A stretch of 64,000 bases of DNA from Trichoplax adhaerens. Taxonomy: Eukaryota; Animalia; Placozoa. The notes under the pieces are model-generated. The model did no database searches, was not told where the DNA came from, and saw only the letters and a list, made by a program, of their open reading frames with translations. Made by a program: the position numbers and the translations under genes. Positions within the stretch are counted from its first letter, which is position 1. Every line of letters starts with the position of its first letter. This document shows, piece after piece, positions 1-21,165 of this stretch. The stretch is from positions 1,237,283 to 1,301,282 of the forward strand of contig NW_002060959.1 of NCBI RefSeq assembly GCF_000150275.1, written 5' to 3'.

Positions 1-327
1 ATTATTACACAGTCGCAGAATCTATCGATGGGTACACCCGTATACATTATCGAGTAGTTCATAGTATAGCATAATCTATTGCTAGTCGCCTCCAACACTG
101 GGTCGATGACTGTGCAAAACTACGGTTAAAAGAAAACCTCTAGTCAATTACTCAAACATAGGCTGGAATAGAAGGTTGTGACCATGACTACCAAGTCCAT
201 TCCTATAAGAAATCGATCAAATCCGTCAGCATTGCGCATACGCAATGCTGACGCATTCCATCACTTCCAATTTCACATCTTGCAAAAGAGCAAAAGGATC
301 GCTGGAAGAGCAAGAAAATTCTTCGTC

Positions 328-2940
328 ATGCCTGTAGTCAGTGTCAGTACGCCAGAAGAATTCAATGATATTCTTCAGGAAGTCGGAAGGTAATGCTACA
401 GCATATTGTAATCGTGTTGTTCTGCATGAAACGCATGTCTAGTGGGTCGACGAGCCATGCCAATCTCCAGTCTTGCTCTTAAGAATGGAGCAGTTAGAAG
501 TACAACTTGCAAATGGCTGAGCAGTGTCATGCTTTATACTTTCCTATCTGGGCTATCATGATTCATAGTGAATATCAATACTATTCCAAGCTTATCGTTA
601 TATACTTTACGCAATAATCACTTCCATTCATAGTCAACTACTTGGCAACTCTGATTGTGCCTGAGTGGAAAGTATATGTACAGTACACTGTACAGTATAG
701 CAAATATCAATCATCTGTAACCTAGACAACGATCGCTAGCTTAAGAACTGGCATGGTAGCATAATGTATTAGCTGCTAGAAGGATGCAAAGACTATGCCA
801 TGGCAGGATAAATATTGATGATGACATTATATTTATTATCTATCATAGTGCACTAACTGTGGTTCACTTTTGGGCGACATGGGCCGCGCAATGCTTGCAA
901 ATGAATGTTGTCTTAGACGAACTTGCCAACAAATACCTCAATATCAAATTTGTCAAGGTTTGTCCATACAATAAGACGACCCTTCTACTTCTTAATATTC
1001 TCCTAGTATTTGTAAATGGAGATAGATAGTGCATTGCACTATAGATTATACTGATTAGCGTAGGCTGACTATGTTTACAATTGGGCAATTTCGATTTTAA
1101 GGATAAGACTGTTATAATGGACACGGGTTGTGGAATGATCCAACTTTCTATTGTAACATGCTATTTCAATCATAATTTATGTCTGCCTTCTTATTGCAAT
1201 CATAGATTGAAGCAGAATCTATGCCCGAAATATCACTTCAATATAATATTGCTGCTGTACCGACGTTCATCTTGATGAAGGTATAGTGCAAATAATTGGA
1301 CGAATAAATATAGAGATACTTGGCGATACCATTTGCACTGATATTTATTATATTATATATTACTACTGTACGGGGTATTAGGCTGCCAAAGAAATTGACA
1401 GAATTAATGGCGCTAATACCAGTTTACTAGTTACAAAAGTTGGACAACATACAAATACTACTGTGCCGGTATCCTTGGATTCTATCCAAACACCTCAAGA
1501 AACTAAAGAAGTAGGAAGAAATTGAACTTCATACCTCTAGCTTGATATCAAAAATGAACTTGCCTTATTCTTATGTTAAAATATCTACGACTATTTATGC
1601 AGGAAGTGAACTCTAGAATTAAAAAACTGCTAAACAGTCATAAATGCATGTTATTTATGAAAGGAGTCCCAGACGAGCCCAAATGTGGTAAGAAATACAT
1701 GAGTGCTGGATCACCATTACTTTTTGGAACAATCCTTTATAAATACTTTGGCAATGAAGATTTACTGTTTTATTTATCTCTGTTGATATTTTTAAACCTT
1801 TAGGATTTAGCCGTCAATTGATAAACATATTAAATGACCACAATGTCGATTATGGTTACTTTAATATCCTGAGTGACAATGAAATTAGGCAAGGTTTGTG
1901 TAAACGAGCCAACGGCCTTGTTATAATCTTCAAATATTTCTACGCATGTACACGAATCGTTTTAGTGCTGAGTGTGCCAAAAACTGAAGTAGTCTGTTAT
2001 GTGCAGGTTTAAAGAAATACTCAGATTGGCCTACGTATCCTCAGCTTTATGTTGATGGTGAAATGCTAGGTGGTTTAGATATTGTAAAGGTTCGCTATTA
2101 CTGTTTATATACTTTATGGATATTATCCGTTTTTTTTCTTTCATATCTAGTAGTTTCCTAACTTAATATATTAAGGTTAATATACGTATATAGGACATGA
2201 TAGAAAGTGGAGATTTTGCGTCAATGGTACCTAAGAAACAGAATGTAAATGAGAGAATCGAAAAATTGTTAAAATCGTCCAAAGTCCTCCTTTTCATGAA
2301 GGGATCGCCAGATGTAAAGATATTTTCTATGTACTGTAGATCATTTAGAATCGAATAGATCATGACATTGACTGCATAAAATAATGATCGTTATAGACAC
2401 CGAAATGTGGCTTCAGTAAGCGTACCTGTGAAATTTTGAATGAAACTGGGTACGTTAATAGCGTTATTTATTCGTCATATACTATGATTATCGTCAGATT
2501 AATTATAGATGTATTAGTATAGTGGTATGTGGGTTATACGCTTAGTGGCTTAGCACAAAGCTCTAAGAATACCATGCTTATCTCATTTATAGGGTAGCAT
2601 ATGCGACTTTCGATATCCTGGCTGATCAAGAGGTTCGAAGATATGCAACACATTTAGTAATAGTTTGATTCTTAAATTAGCTGTTGTACGTTAAAGTTTT
2701 TATCTTTATCTCGATCAGGTTCGTGCTGGCTTAAAAAAGTACTCAGATTGGCCTACATACCCTCAATTATATGTTGATGGTCAATTCATTGGTGGTCTCG
2801 ATATCATTGAAGTAAATCTTCTAATCTAATAATATTAATCTGACTTGATACTGATATATATTTAACCTTCTTTTCTCTCTAATTTAACCTAGGAAATGTA
2901 TGAATCGAACGAATTGATCACCTGCTTGAAAGGAGAATAA
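328..2940 (+). CDS. GLRX3: Glutaredoxin-3 / PICOT (thioredoxin-like domain + two monothiol CGFS glutaredoxin domains), 12 coding exons
   Basis: Spliced via GT-AG introns: [20 protein letters not shown]|[20 protein letters not shown] (non-catalytic Trx motif)|[21 protein letters not shown]|...[18 protein letters not shown]...[28 protein letters not shown]|...[17 protein letters not shown]...[30 protein letters not shown]|[18 protein letters not shown] at 328, TAA ends at 2940. Confidence 0.96.
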
Positions 2941-4206
2941 TTGAAATTATCCAAGACCTGAATCTTATTCAGTTATAATTGCATAACGCATGACTTCCTA
3001 TTAAGTTATAACTTATCAACTGTTCTCTCATGGATGTAATGAACACAATGATTTCTTGATGAATTCTTAATTCGTATGATATCTAAGAGATAGAAATGAG
3101 CACTAATGCTTGCATTTCTACGTCAGTTACTGTAATGAATCTGTTTGTATCTAGTATAAATCATTCACAAGAGATGTACTATTAACTTTTTATGCAATCG
3201 CGGTTTTTAAACCACATACCAGCAAATATTTTACTAACCAGTCTGATTCTCAGTAACATTGCTGTTGCCGTTATTGTCTACCGTGGAATGCAGAAAATTG
3301 TAAAGAACTTAAAAACATTGGCGTCCATTCAAGAGTTTATGTACAAAATTACCCTTATGTGAATGTGTGAATGTCGATAGTAGGCATCAAATAGACATAC
3401 TAGGTATCATACTGTTTGCAGCAGTATCTTGAATTGTAAAATAAAATTAGTGACAAAACGGCGTAACGGGCTTACAGATACTGTGTAGCTTTTATAGACT
3501 ACCCTATAAACTCAAGATTAATTGCTGAACCCTAATAGCAATGCACGTATAAAATATCAAATTTATTAAGGATAAAAACGAGTTTTACTTTTTAGATCTC
3601 GCTACTTTTCAGCGGGTAATTTTGCGACAAGTATGCGTAGCGCAATTAATTACGGTAACCTAAAATTTTAATGAAAACCATCAGGAATAAATATTATATT
3701 GCCCAATATATGCTATGTAACCTTTCATAAAATTTTTTACTACAGTAAATGGAGGTGATTTTATGTGCATTCTATGTTAATACAGCACATAGATCCTCTG
3801 ATTATATTAAAGCTAGTTAAGTTGTTTTAGTAACACTAGCTTAATTTAGGAAAATTCGAATACCGTTTCGGTCAATCATAGTGCAGTATACAGTATCTAC
3901 TATTTTATGACATGTATCTTCAAAAGTATAAGTAAAATTTAATAATTAAGAGTGCATTGCACAGTAACTATTTCAATTTAATAATACCTCTCGCATCATA
4001 AGTAGTCCTTTCGTCGTAACTTTTACGAAACATCATACTATAAATATAGAAGTGTTAGTGATTAAATATAAGTGATCGCCGGGTTAGCCCACATAAACCC
4101 ACTACGAAAATCTTTTTCAACGTTGATTTATCATAATTGAAATGTTCCTAAATTTCTTTTTAAAAGGCTTTATTTGAATTTCTTAATGGCAGAGCGATTG
4201 TCACGA

Positions 4207-7200
4207 TTACACCGGAACACCACAATTTTCTTTTTCCTGTTTACAAGAAAGCAATATATTTAGTTCCCCTCAAAAGTCATTATGCAAGCAGTAAATATAA
4301 TATAACTGTAGGTTAGGAGTTACTGTAAAATAGATTGATTAATAGACCTTGTTTAATTTGATTCTTTTCGGTAGATGAAAGCTACCTTGTCTTAGCTGGC
4401 GAACTTTAGACTAGATGATTTCGAAAAAGCAAGCATAAAGTTATTTAAAGTACATTGTTATCATATTTATAGTGAATTATCGAAAAACAGCAAACCATTT
4501 TGGGCGTTTCCAAATTAGTATCGCGGCCAACCGTCTAGAAAATGCGAATTTTATCAATTATTATTCTTGTACATGATATCTTTCCGGATATACACCATAG
4601 AAATGAGGGAAAAGTACTTTTTATCCAATGATTTGACTAAGGCAATATCATCTTTACCTTAATTACAGGAGTAGAAACGCCAAACGCACTTTTTGTAATG
4701 GAATTGACTGGATCCTATAATTCGTGAGCAAAAAATAGTATTTATGAATACATATATCAGCATGAGTCTAAAGTATTATATCAACATATTACAACTAAAT
4801 CTTACCAATCCGTTAACAACTGCACTTTGTGGAGTTTTAAACAATTTTCTGTGGAGCTAATTACAAAAATGATTAAATATTGTTAGGAGTAAAATTCATT
4901 TTAAAGTGCACATACATTTACTTTATTAGTTCTAAGTAACCTGAGGAGTTGCTATTGGTGTTGCATGCATTGGTCTATAAGCACTGTTTGGAGTAGCGTT
5001 GACCTATAGATATAAAGAATTTACAATAATGAATAGCTTTAATTTTCTGCATTCATAGGTACCGTATGTCTGCTATTATAAAGATATGATCGGCTGCGAC
5101 AGAAGCCGTTACAATACAAATAAACGAAAATGATATTAATTATATTAATTTATATACGATAACATGAGATCAACCTGAAAAGACAACTTTAATCAAGTAT
5201 TAACTATAAAATTACTTTAGCAAGTGATCGTTTAGCTGACATAGGAGGAGTGCCAACGTGATACTTGTCGAACTTTTTTAGCATTGCATTTCGTTGAGCC
5301 TCGTCAGGTATTTGTTTGATTTGGTCTAACAGCTGTGAAAGAGCTGCAGCAGTGTGTTGGTTTGTTTCTTCTTCATAGTTTGTCGATTTTTTGGCTGAAC
5401 TTGGTATAGCAATTTCGGCTAAGGCATCGTCCTTTCATAGATCATTGCATAGATTGGAAGGTAAATGTATTATATGAGAAACTGATGATTACTTAAAATT
5501 TCCGGTTAATAACGTAAAGATTGCTATAGTGATGTATGATACGAATAGGTATAGCTGGTTTTTGGAAACATGACAAACCTCTTCACTATTTTCAATTTTC
5601 TTCATATACTTCTCAATTTGGACTGAAATATCACATGGAATCTGAAGGAAAGTAACTTTGTCAATTGGTCTTATCTATGATCATTTTCATTGCTAATAGT
5701 TTTTAAATTGGGTAAGTATGTAATAATGGTATGATTATTGGTATACCTTTAACACATTTTGAAAATTTTCAATCATGAAGGTAACTATGCTCATGAGTAA
5801 TTCAATATCATTAGCTTCTGTTGCTAGATCCTGCACAAAATTTAGCCATAAAAATATTAACTAATACCGCTAGTCTCTTCAATAAAATTTAAAGATTAAT
5901 GATACTGTTGAGATGTGTAGAGACGGATGGTAACTAGATGCTCTTTGTCTTACCTTTCCGAAATGTATCATATTCGGAGTAAATACAACAGCTAAGTTGT
6001 AAGCGGTCATTTTACTCGCTCTTAATCTGGAAATTTTATGTAATAGTCCAAGTAGTTGGTGTAAAATTTCTCTACTTTCTGGAGACAGCAAAAGTAGTAA
6101 TAATTGTAACGCTTCTAATCTTTTCCCATCATTTTGTAGCTCTACAGACAACCACAGAGAATATTAGAATAACAATATTTACGGGTATGATGTATGTTAA
6201 TAAGCTGATTGCAGATAATCAATCTTACAAATAGCGTTGTTGAAGTCATGGATTAGAGGAATTGTTATGGCGCTATGAAGCTATACATTGTGTAGATAGA
6301 TACTCACCAGCAGTTTTGTAGTAAATTGAATAGTGATTTTCAGGTAAGAAGGAAACTGGTAACTCGCTAAAGAAGTTCTTTAGTAAATCTCCAACATCGA
6401 ATGGCGTATACTCTCCACTTGCCAATTCCTTGCTTATATTTATATTATCATTGTCGATAAGTTCTTTAAGCTGAGCGATACGTCTTTTATTGCCTGATAC
6501 GCGGAATATACCTTCCCTGTCAGCATCTAAGGAAATAATTTAATTTGTTAGCATGTAATTACTTTACTGTTAAGATTGAAAAATATACGTATAAATCTAT
6601 CCTTTATTAAAATCATCTTATTGAGATTTATTTCAGAACTTGATTATGACTTGAATAATAGTATCATTAATTAGTTATTTTACTTTCACTAATAATCTTA
6701 ACGGTTGAATTGATTCTAAATTTTCCTTCACTGAATTAGAAGCTGCAAGGCTAGTAGTGTTACATGTTTTAACCAGTAATTCATTCTCATACCTTGATCT
6801 ATTTATCTCAAAATAATTTACGTTACTGTCCCTGTGCTATAACTTTACAGTTATTAATGGTTAATTAATATAATACCGAAGCCTTTGATTAATTATATAT
6901 TCCATCTGTATACATGCAGTATATTACATAACTAGTATTCTTTTAGAACCGTGATTTCAACACTCTACGCGTTCGGGATGTATATGAAGAGGTTATAACT
7001 CACTTTCATGTAAGAACTTTAATAAAGGAATAATTGAATCCAAGGTCTCTTCTGCGATTGGTGCGCCGAAAACTTTCTTACCTTGTTATAGTTATAATTT
7101 TAAAGAGCATGTTAGTTACAATTTTAAAAATAGAATATAACCAGGTGTATACGTTTATTACATATAATATGCTACATCTAATTTTCTTGGGGCCAATACT

Positions 7201-8358
7201 TTACATAGTTTGACATATACATACATTAGATGAGAATTTTATATCAAATTATAGGCAAGACTGTGTAGTATATCGCTATACATGAACAACTGCCATAGCA
7301 GCTAATCACGTTACTTTGGCAATGATGATATAATATAAGGAAATGTAACATAAAATACAAATACGAAAATAGTTCGTGAAAAGACTACTAGTTATTCAGA
7401 CTAAAAGAGCTATCCAATCTGAATTATTGAAAGTGCCAACCAAAATTAGATACCTTTCGATATCTAAACATGATATCATGGAAATTAATTACCGATATTA
7501 AACATCGTAGCTACTAACCCAGATACCTCTTGTAGTTTCGATTTAAAAGCTGATATTGACTATCCATTGATGTTTTTGTATATTAATTTTAACAATGCAT
7601 TCGTCTTACTTTTGGTACAAAACAGGGATAAAATAGTACGAAATGAGATTAGAGAAGTAATGCTATTGTATGATAAGGATGGTGTAGAAGATTAATTAAT
7701 TAATGATATTATAATTATTTTTTGATTATTTTTAATTAAAGGAATACTTAGATAATAATAATAATTAACTTTAATTTTAATATCAGCTTGGTGAATACTT
7801 ATTAGATTGGACTATATTGTGGATTCAATCGTAGATATTGCTTTCATCATGGTGAAAGCTATTTTCTGATAGGGAATAGTTTATCATTCATTTCAGTGTA
7901 GGATTAGCTACGTCATGTATAGTACTTTATATCATGGAGTAGTTCTATACGATGCTTTATGATTGATATTGAAGTTATTTTAGGTAGAGTGAAGAAAAGA
8001 TTGCTTGCCAAACAGTCTATTAAGTCACGAAATACGGTAGTTGTAGTTGCATAAAATTTGAATAAAACATCAAGCACATCTATGCAATATTTATGGCAAG
8101 AAAGATAAAATACTAACCTTTCTTGTTTGATTTTTCGCTATGATGAGCGTGGGATAGATTAAAAAATTGAAAAGATTTCTTTTTTAAAATGGCGGTTAAA
8201 TTTTTACTCAAGTTACGTGTTTGATTGCCTTGATCACTTTCACATTGTAGAAATTCATCCAAATCTTCAATGTCTAATAATCGTGTTAATCCACTACAGC
8301 AAATGGTATACAATGCGTCACGATTTATATCAGTTACTCTGCATGGGCTACTCTCCAT
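4207..8358 (-). CDS. ARHGAP19: Rho GTPase-activating protein, ARHGAP19-like, ~13 coding exons
   Basis: Exons give LTRLLDIE (N-term), KKVFGAPIAEETLDSIIPLLKFLHE, arginine finger EGIFRVSGN, FDVGDLLKNFFSELP, RLEALQLLLLLL...KMTAYNLAVVFTPN, and EEETNQHTAAALSQLLDQIKQIPDEAQR. The last block resembles the ARHGAP19-specific ETQxHTxxALxxL block. C-terminal phase-0 exons end EKENCGVPV* (TAA 4207-4209). A 5'UTR splice acceptor lies near 8409. Confidence 0.85.
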
Positions 8359-9384
8359 CGCTATTGAAAAAGTTCAAAGTACGCGTAGATATTTAATCAA
8401 GATCAATGTCTGAAAGAAGGAGAAATGGAATATTTCTTTAAAGCTTGTGAAAATAAATTTAATTTAATGAAGGATAGCAGGAAAGGTATGTTGAAGTAAG
8501 TTTTGATCGATATTGTCGATGGTGATTGATGATCATTAATCACTACGATGACATGAAGCAATTGTATTCACCAGTATTCTTGTAATACAGGAGCAACAAG
8601 ACCGTCTGTACAAGATATATCAATGCGTGTAAATATCGCCAATAATTCTAATTGGAATAACGATCAATTCTTTCAAGTTGGATGTGTAATCGTACTATCG
8701 TCTGCAATCTCGATGCTCTCCAGCTATGCCCAGTTTGATCAAGGTGTTGAACACAACGTGCAATCAAGATGATGACCATGTAATGTATTCAATCGATTAG
8801 CGTCATGAATTACAGCTAGTAATTTCGATGTTTTTTTCCTCTAAAATAAGATGATGGCCTAAATAGTTGAACAGTCGATAGGGATGCCAATTTAGCAGCA
8901 AGCGATCATAAGTTGTTTTAAATTTCGATTGCAGAGAGTAATCTGAAGTGGTGATGGTTAATCGAGCTTGGTTTCGCTAGCAATGATGATAACTACGATC
9001 GAAGGCGATAGGCTTAGGCAATACTATGCATCATGTATTTAAAATTCAAACAAACACTTGATCTTGTAACTGTTGAAGTTTAATTTGCATAGAATTTTCA
9101 ATTGTATCAGTAGGAGAAACAAAAGTTGTTTACTACTTGTTGTAAATTAATGGCTAGCATCCGTTCAAATATTGCAGACACGTCGTCCTTTAGTGCTGGA
9201 ACATGGCTCCTAAAACTAGAGTATTGTATGCCGATGAAACGGCAAACAACAATATGACCAGTATCGTCTTCTCCTGTCGCATCGTTGATACACGCCCTCG
9301 GTTAAAAATTCAAATTTCCAAGGTTATCCAATCAATGCTCACTTTCCTCTGCGCAGACGTGATGCGTCTCACGAGGCTAGATAA

Positions 9385-9425
9385 TGTACTGTACAGTACA
9401 TTGTACGCTGTACAGTACAGTACTA
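9385..9425. repeat. ACAGT/ACTGT microsatellite tract upstream of the ARHGAP19-like gene
   Basis: gtactgtacagtacattgtacgctgtacagtacagtac; a second tract lies at ~9760-9805. Confidence 0.7.
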
Positions 9426-10036
9426 TAGAGATTAATCTTTGCACTGTAGTCGGACGGACTCCCGAATGACACTGTCCAAATTTTTCGATAGTGCCATTGC
9501 TGCAGACTACTGGATAAATCGGTATATTATATGGAATTGACGTCCAAATTAGCTGCTAAGTTGGTTTGGTCTTAGGTACACAGTAGTAGAGTAGGTAAAA
9601 AATGATAATTCATTAGAATTTACTGGAGAAAAGTGGAAAAATAAGCCTTTTTACTGGTTAATGTACTGTATACTTGTACTTGTATAGTGGACATGTGGCG
9701 TCTCTAGCTATTTAATGTACTCCACTCTCAGTGGACAGTAAACAGAAAGAGACTACTATGTGCAGTACTGTACTGAACAGTGCATAGTACATGAATTCTG
9801 TACTGTATCTCTATGACGACAAAGTTAGCACCTAGAGGTTTGCACATTCTTTTTTGCTTCTTAAATGGCCACGTCGACTCTAGCGATGGACTACATGGAC
9901 TAATTCTCATCATTGAATTTGTTGAATTACTGTACGTAAAATACAGTTCGACAAAACGATTCGTTTCCTCAACACCTTCATCAAGGTGTTGAAACTTCAG
10001 GATAGAAACAGTCTTCAGCGACAGATCTTGACAGCC

Positions 10037-11129
10037 ATGCAAAGTAGCCTGAATCGCACTTTTCTGGCTACTGTGATAATGTAACTCCATGCAATTTCTA
10101 ACGGTAAGGTAGATTAATGAACTTTGCAATCAATGCTATTGTATTAATCAGGTCATATATGCGAATTGAATCGAAAATCAATCACTTATTCCCAATTATA
10201 ATTATGACCTAAATGTCGAACGGCAGATATTCTTAATTGAAGACATAGAAGAGATGAAGATGCTATTTTTACTGTACTGTACAATCAAAATTGAGAAGAA
10301 GAAAACAATGTGGAATCTTCATATCTTCTATCTTGCGTTATATGTGTATATATAGATTAATTAGGAATACTAGCTGTTCAACTTTGTAAGTTCTTGTATG
10401 ATAATAATCATAAATGGTCAATTGAGAGGAGTCCAAACAGTACGTATACGTTTACGCATATACGCAAAGTATCATCACTGAGACAGCGGCTTCCTCTAAT
10501 GACAGTACTCTAGTTGAAAATGACTTACTGTAGTCATGAATGTTATTATTAATTAATTAATCATATAATTAGTAACGCTCTACCTGTCCATAAATTTATA
10601 TGTACGTATTTGAATTCTAATACAAGCTACACTCATATTAGCCATGCTAATCAACTAATTAATTATTATCATAGAATTAGGGAACAAATCAAAACGTGGA
10701 CAGCCAATTGGAGGCGTGACAGATCGTGGAGAAGATGATGATTACGCTATAGCTACTGCTCATATAGCGTGAGCAGTTGATGATATGATGCAGGAAGCCC
10801 TCCAATTTTTGGTCATTGAACCAAATCCCATGATGGCAAAAGCGTGATTAAAATCATGGTAAAATTCATCTTTCAATTGACTGCTATTGAGATTCAATAT
10901 TACTTCAGTACATGCTCATGAAATGACTATCTAATACGTAGGTGTACATTACTCGTATTCCATTTCGGTACCTTAATGTTGGCAACATTTAAGGCAATTA
11001 CTGCACGATTCCTTCACCTTTTCTGATTATCAATCAGTGAACGAAAAGATGATTATGATATTTATCAACAGAAAAACATAACCGACCTCTCCATAGGTAG
11101 CATTAGGACTACTCTCATACCTATAGAAG
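10037..11129 (+). pseudogene. Possible degenerate multi-exon gene for a small secreted protein (in-frame stop in the signal-peptide exon); could instead be a lncRNA
   Basis: GCCATG at 10037; four phase-compatible exon-like blocks with GT donors at 10104, 10386, 10769 and 11130; conceptual product MQSSLNRTFLATVIM*LHAISNG|ILAVQL|WNKSKRGQPIGGVTDRGEDDDYAIATAHIA|ERKDDYDIYQQKNITDLSIGSIRTTLIPIE. Confidence 0.3.
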
Positions 11130-13025
11130 GTATGCTAAATGTTGAATTGTTTATACGTTTATACTGTATACTGTTGTGTGATGAATCTTTGACTGCTAAA
11201 CTAAAAGGCTTATTTACTGCTGTTACTTGGCACTGAGCATTACTAATTGTCAGTCATGTTTTTCACATTAGTAAAGTGCGTTGACTTGCGTTTATTTGCT
11301 TTTTGGTACTTGCGAGGCGTAATTTTCGAATGACTATGAAAATTATGCTCATTTGATGTACCTATATAAATGTTACCCAATGGGACTACGGTTCCATTGG
11401 TGATTCATTTGGCGGAGCAGCGTATCAAGTACAGATAGTTGTTTAGAATGGATCATACATCGAAAATCAGATACTCGTTTAATTGTCCAAGTGTTGAAGA
11501 AATAACATTTGAATCTCATTGCGAGTAAACATGACTATTAAATTCTTGATGTATGCAACCATATATGTAACTAATATCTTTATGTAAATGTTTAATCTTT
11601 AGGTATTCGTTGGGTGGTAACGTGTTGCACCTTTAACTTTCAATCTGGTATAAATCATACTGAATGCTGAAGTAGAATTTTAAGCCTTTTGTGAAGATAG
11701 CAAGTTATCTGATAACAGCTTCTTTTACGAGATGTTTGTTCTTCCAAGTATTGCTAATGTCCTATTATGGTAATCTTTTCGTAATCAAAGTTCGAACGAT
11801 TTTGTGGTCGATAAAATCGGAGATTATATACTTACCTCTGAAAATAGAAGAATAATAAAATTGACATTTCAAACGTTATCGTGTAAGATAGTTATGAAGG
11901 TGTCAAAAACTATTTTTTAGAATTTCGTAATCTACTCATGGGATGCTTCATAGCATCTACAGATCATCGCCTTGACATCCAACATTTTATGGATGAGACC
12001 AATACCTTAATTTGCCTTGAATGCACTATTATGAACATAGCAGAATACGTAATTATGCACCACTATATTGTTCTAAGCACACCGTAAAATTTAAGTTTTC
12101 TTACCTAAATTATCCTAATCTGGATAATTTTGCATACTGTACCTATTAGAGACCAACTGAATTCGCACTCAACTTCTTGCTACTTGTTAGCTACAATATG
12201 AACTAGTTATTTCGTGCCGTTTATTGTGCTCGTACAACAATTATGAATATTGCATAATACGTAATTCTGCAACCACCATACGCGTACTTCTCGAAGCAGA
12301 CTGTAAAAATTTATTTTCTATTACCCAGACCAGCTTAATGTGGATGATTTACGTACTTATGGAAGACGAACTGAATTCGTGCCCGGTGTTTTGCTGGCTA
12401 CAGTATCAACTAGGTATTTTCCACGCCGGTTACTGTGCTCACAACAATGTGTATGTGTATCTCAAGTTTTACCATAAAAAGTTAACATATAGCTGTGCCT
12501 ATACACGGCCTACTAGATGTACGGTACTTTGAATGCCAACCATACATTGGTTGCCTCGAAGCTATAGGAAGTGCGCAAATGGCTTTTGTAATTTAAAATA
12601 TACCAAGTTTAGTGCAAAAATAATACATTCACACATAGTGAACAACATTACCAGTTCTAAGTGTTTATTTTTCATAAACACCATACTTTGATTACGAAGG
12701 ATCATAGAATACTGTTAGAGGTCACGTCATGGAGAAAATCAAGTTACAACAGAAATGTTTTGCGAAAACCAGTAGTTAACGTGGAAGGTAGGTCTAAACA
12801 AATTCACATGTTTAAATGCGTTATCATACACAAAATTTCTAAACGTTATTTGCAGATCAACATACAAATTTAAGAACGAGTATTGCTTAAAGAGTTACGA
12901 AAGGTTACCTGCTGTGTACAGTACCAATACTAATTCCCTACAGCTACACAACCTGAAATGCTAATTTTATACATTTTTTAATTTGAAAAAGTTACTTTAC
13001 AAGTTGGATCTAAAATAATTAAATC

Positions 13026-20521
<7,496 letters not shown>

Positions 20522-21165
20522 GGTCGAATTGAATTTTTTCTCGCAAGAACTTGCGCCAGTCTAAGCACGTAGAAAAATGTCCATTGCACAAACTGCCTCT
20601 GACAATGGAGGTGCTGGGTGAAATACCACTACAGTGTACAGTACGACTGTACACTGTAGTCAGTGCAGTGGCTGTATCCAATCCTATTGTTGATTGACTG
20701 TCCACTACAGTACTGTATACTGTACACTGACTGTAGAATGTCGCCACGACCATAGTGTACACGTACACGTACGCATGATGTGCAGCGAGAGTGACATCGA
20801 CAACGTACGTACTGTACAGTACAGTCACCGTCAGTGAAATGATGTTCAGTGATGTGGTCAACTCTACTAGGCTAGACGCACTGGACAGTATGACCCAATG
20901 AGCGTCATTCATTTTCAAGAACATTCTTTTACTGTTGATAGTTCAGCGTTTGAAATGTTGATCAAGTCAAACTATGGTGTAGCAGCAGTAGCAGTCATCC
21001 ACATCACTGTCAGCCAAAGCAGTCCTGGACTCATGGTCAGGATAGGGACTTTTACACAGAGAATTGGGAAATCTGTGGTCAGGACTGTGCATGTCCATTA
21101 TACGCTGTACAGTGTACAGGACTGCGTTGGTTGATTGATTGATTGCGATGAGAACGCGGGTCTCT

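Noticed and set aside
178-327. GTG-initiated N-terminal extension of GLRX3 in the ORF track
   Set aside because: Family similarity begins at ATG 328. The upstream part (including in-frame ATG 184) has no recognisable homology and is treated as 5'UTR, although an extension cannot be excluded.
3270-3385. Fragment ENCKELKNIGVHSRVYV resembling the start of a fibrinogen-related/NEC-type domain, followed by a donor-like site
   Set aside because: Flanked by stops, too short and degenerate, with no partner exons found.
9300-9320. TTTGAA (CHR-like cell-cycle element) upstream of the ARHGAP19-like gene
   Set aside because: This hexamer is too frequent in AT-rich DNA to be informative without a mapped TSS.
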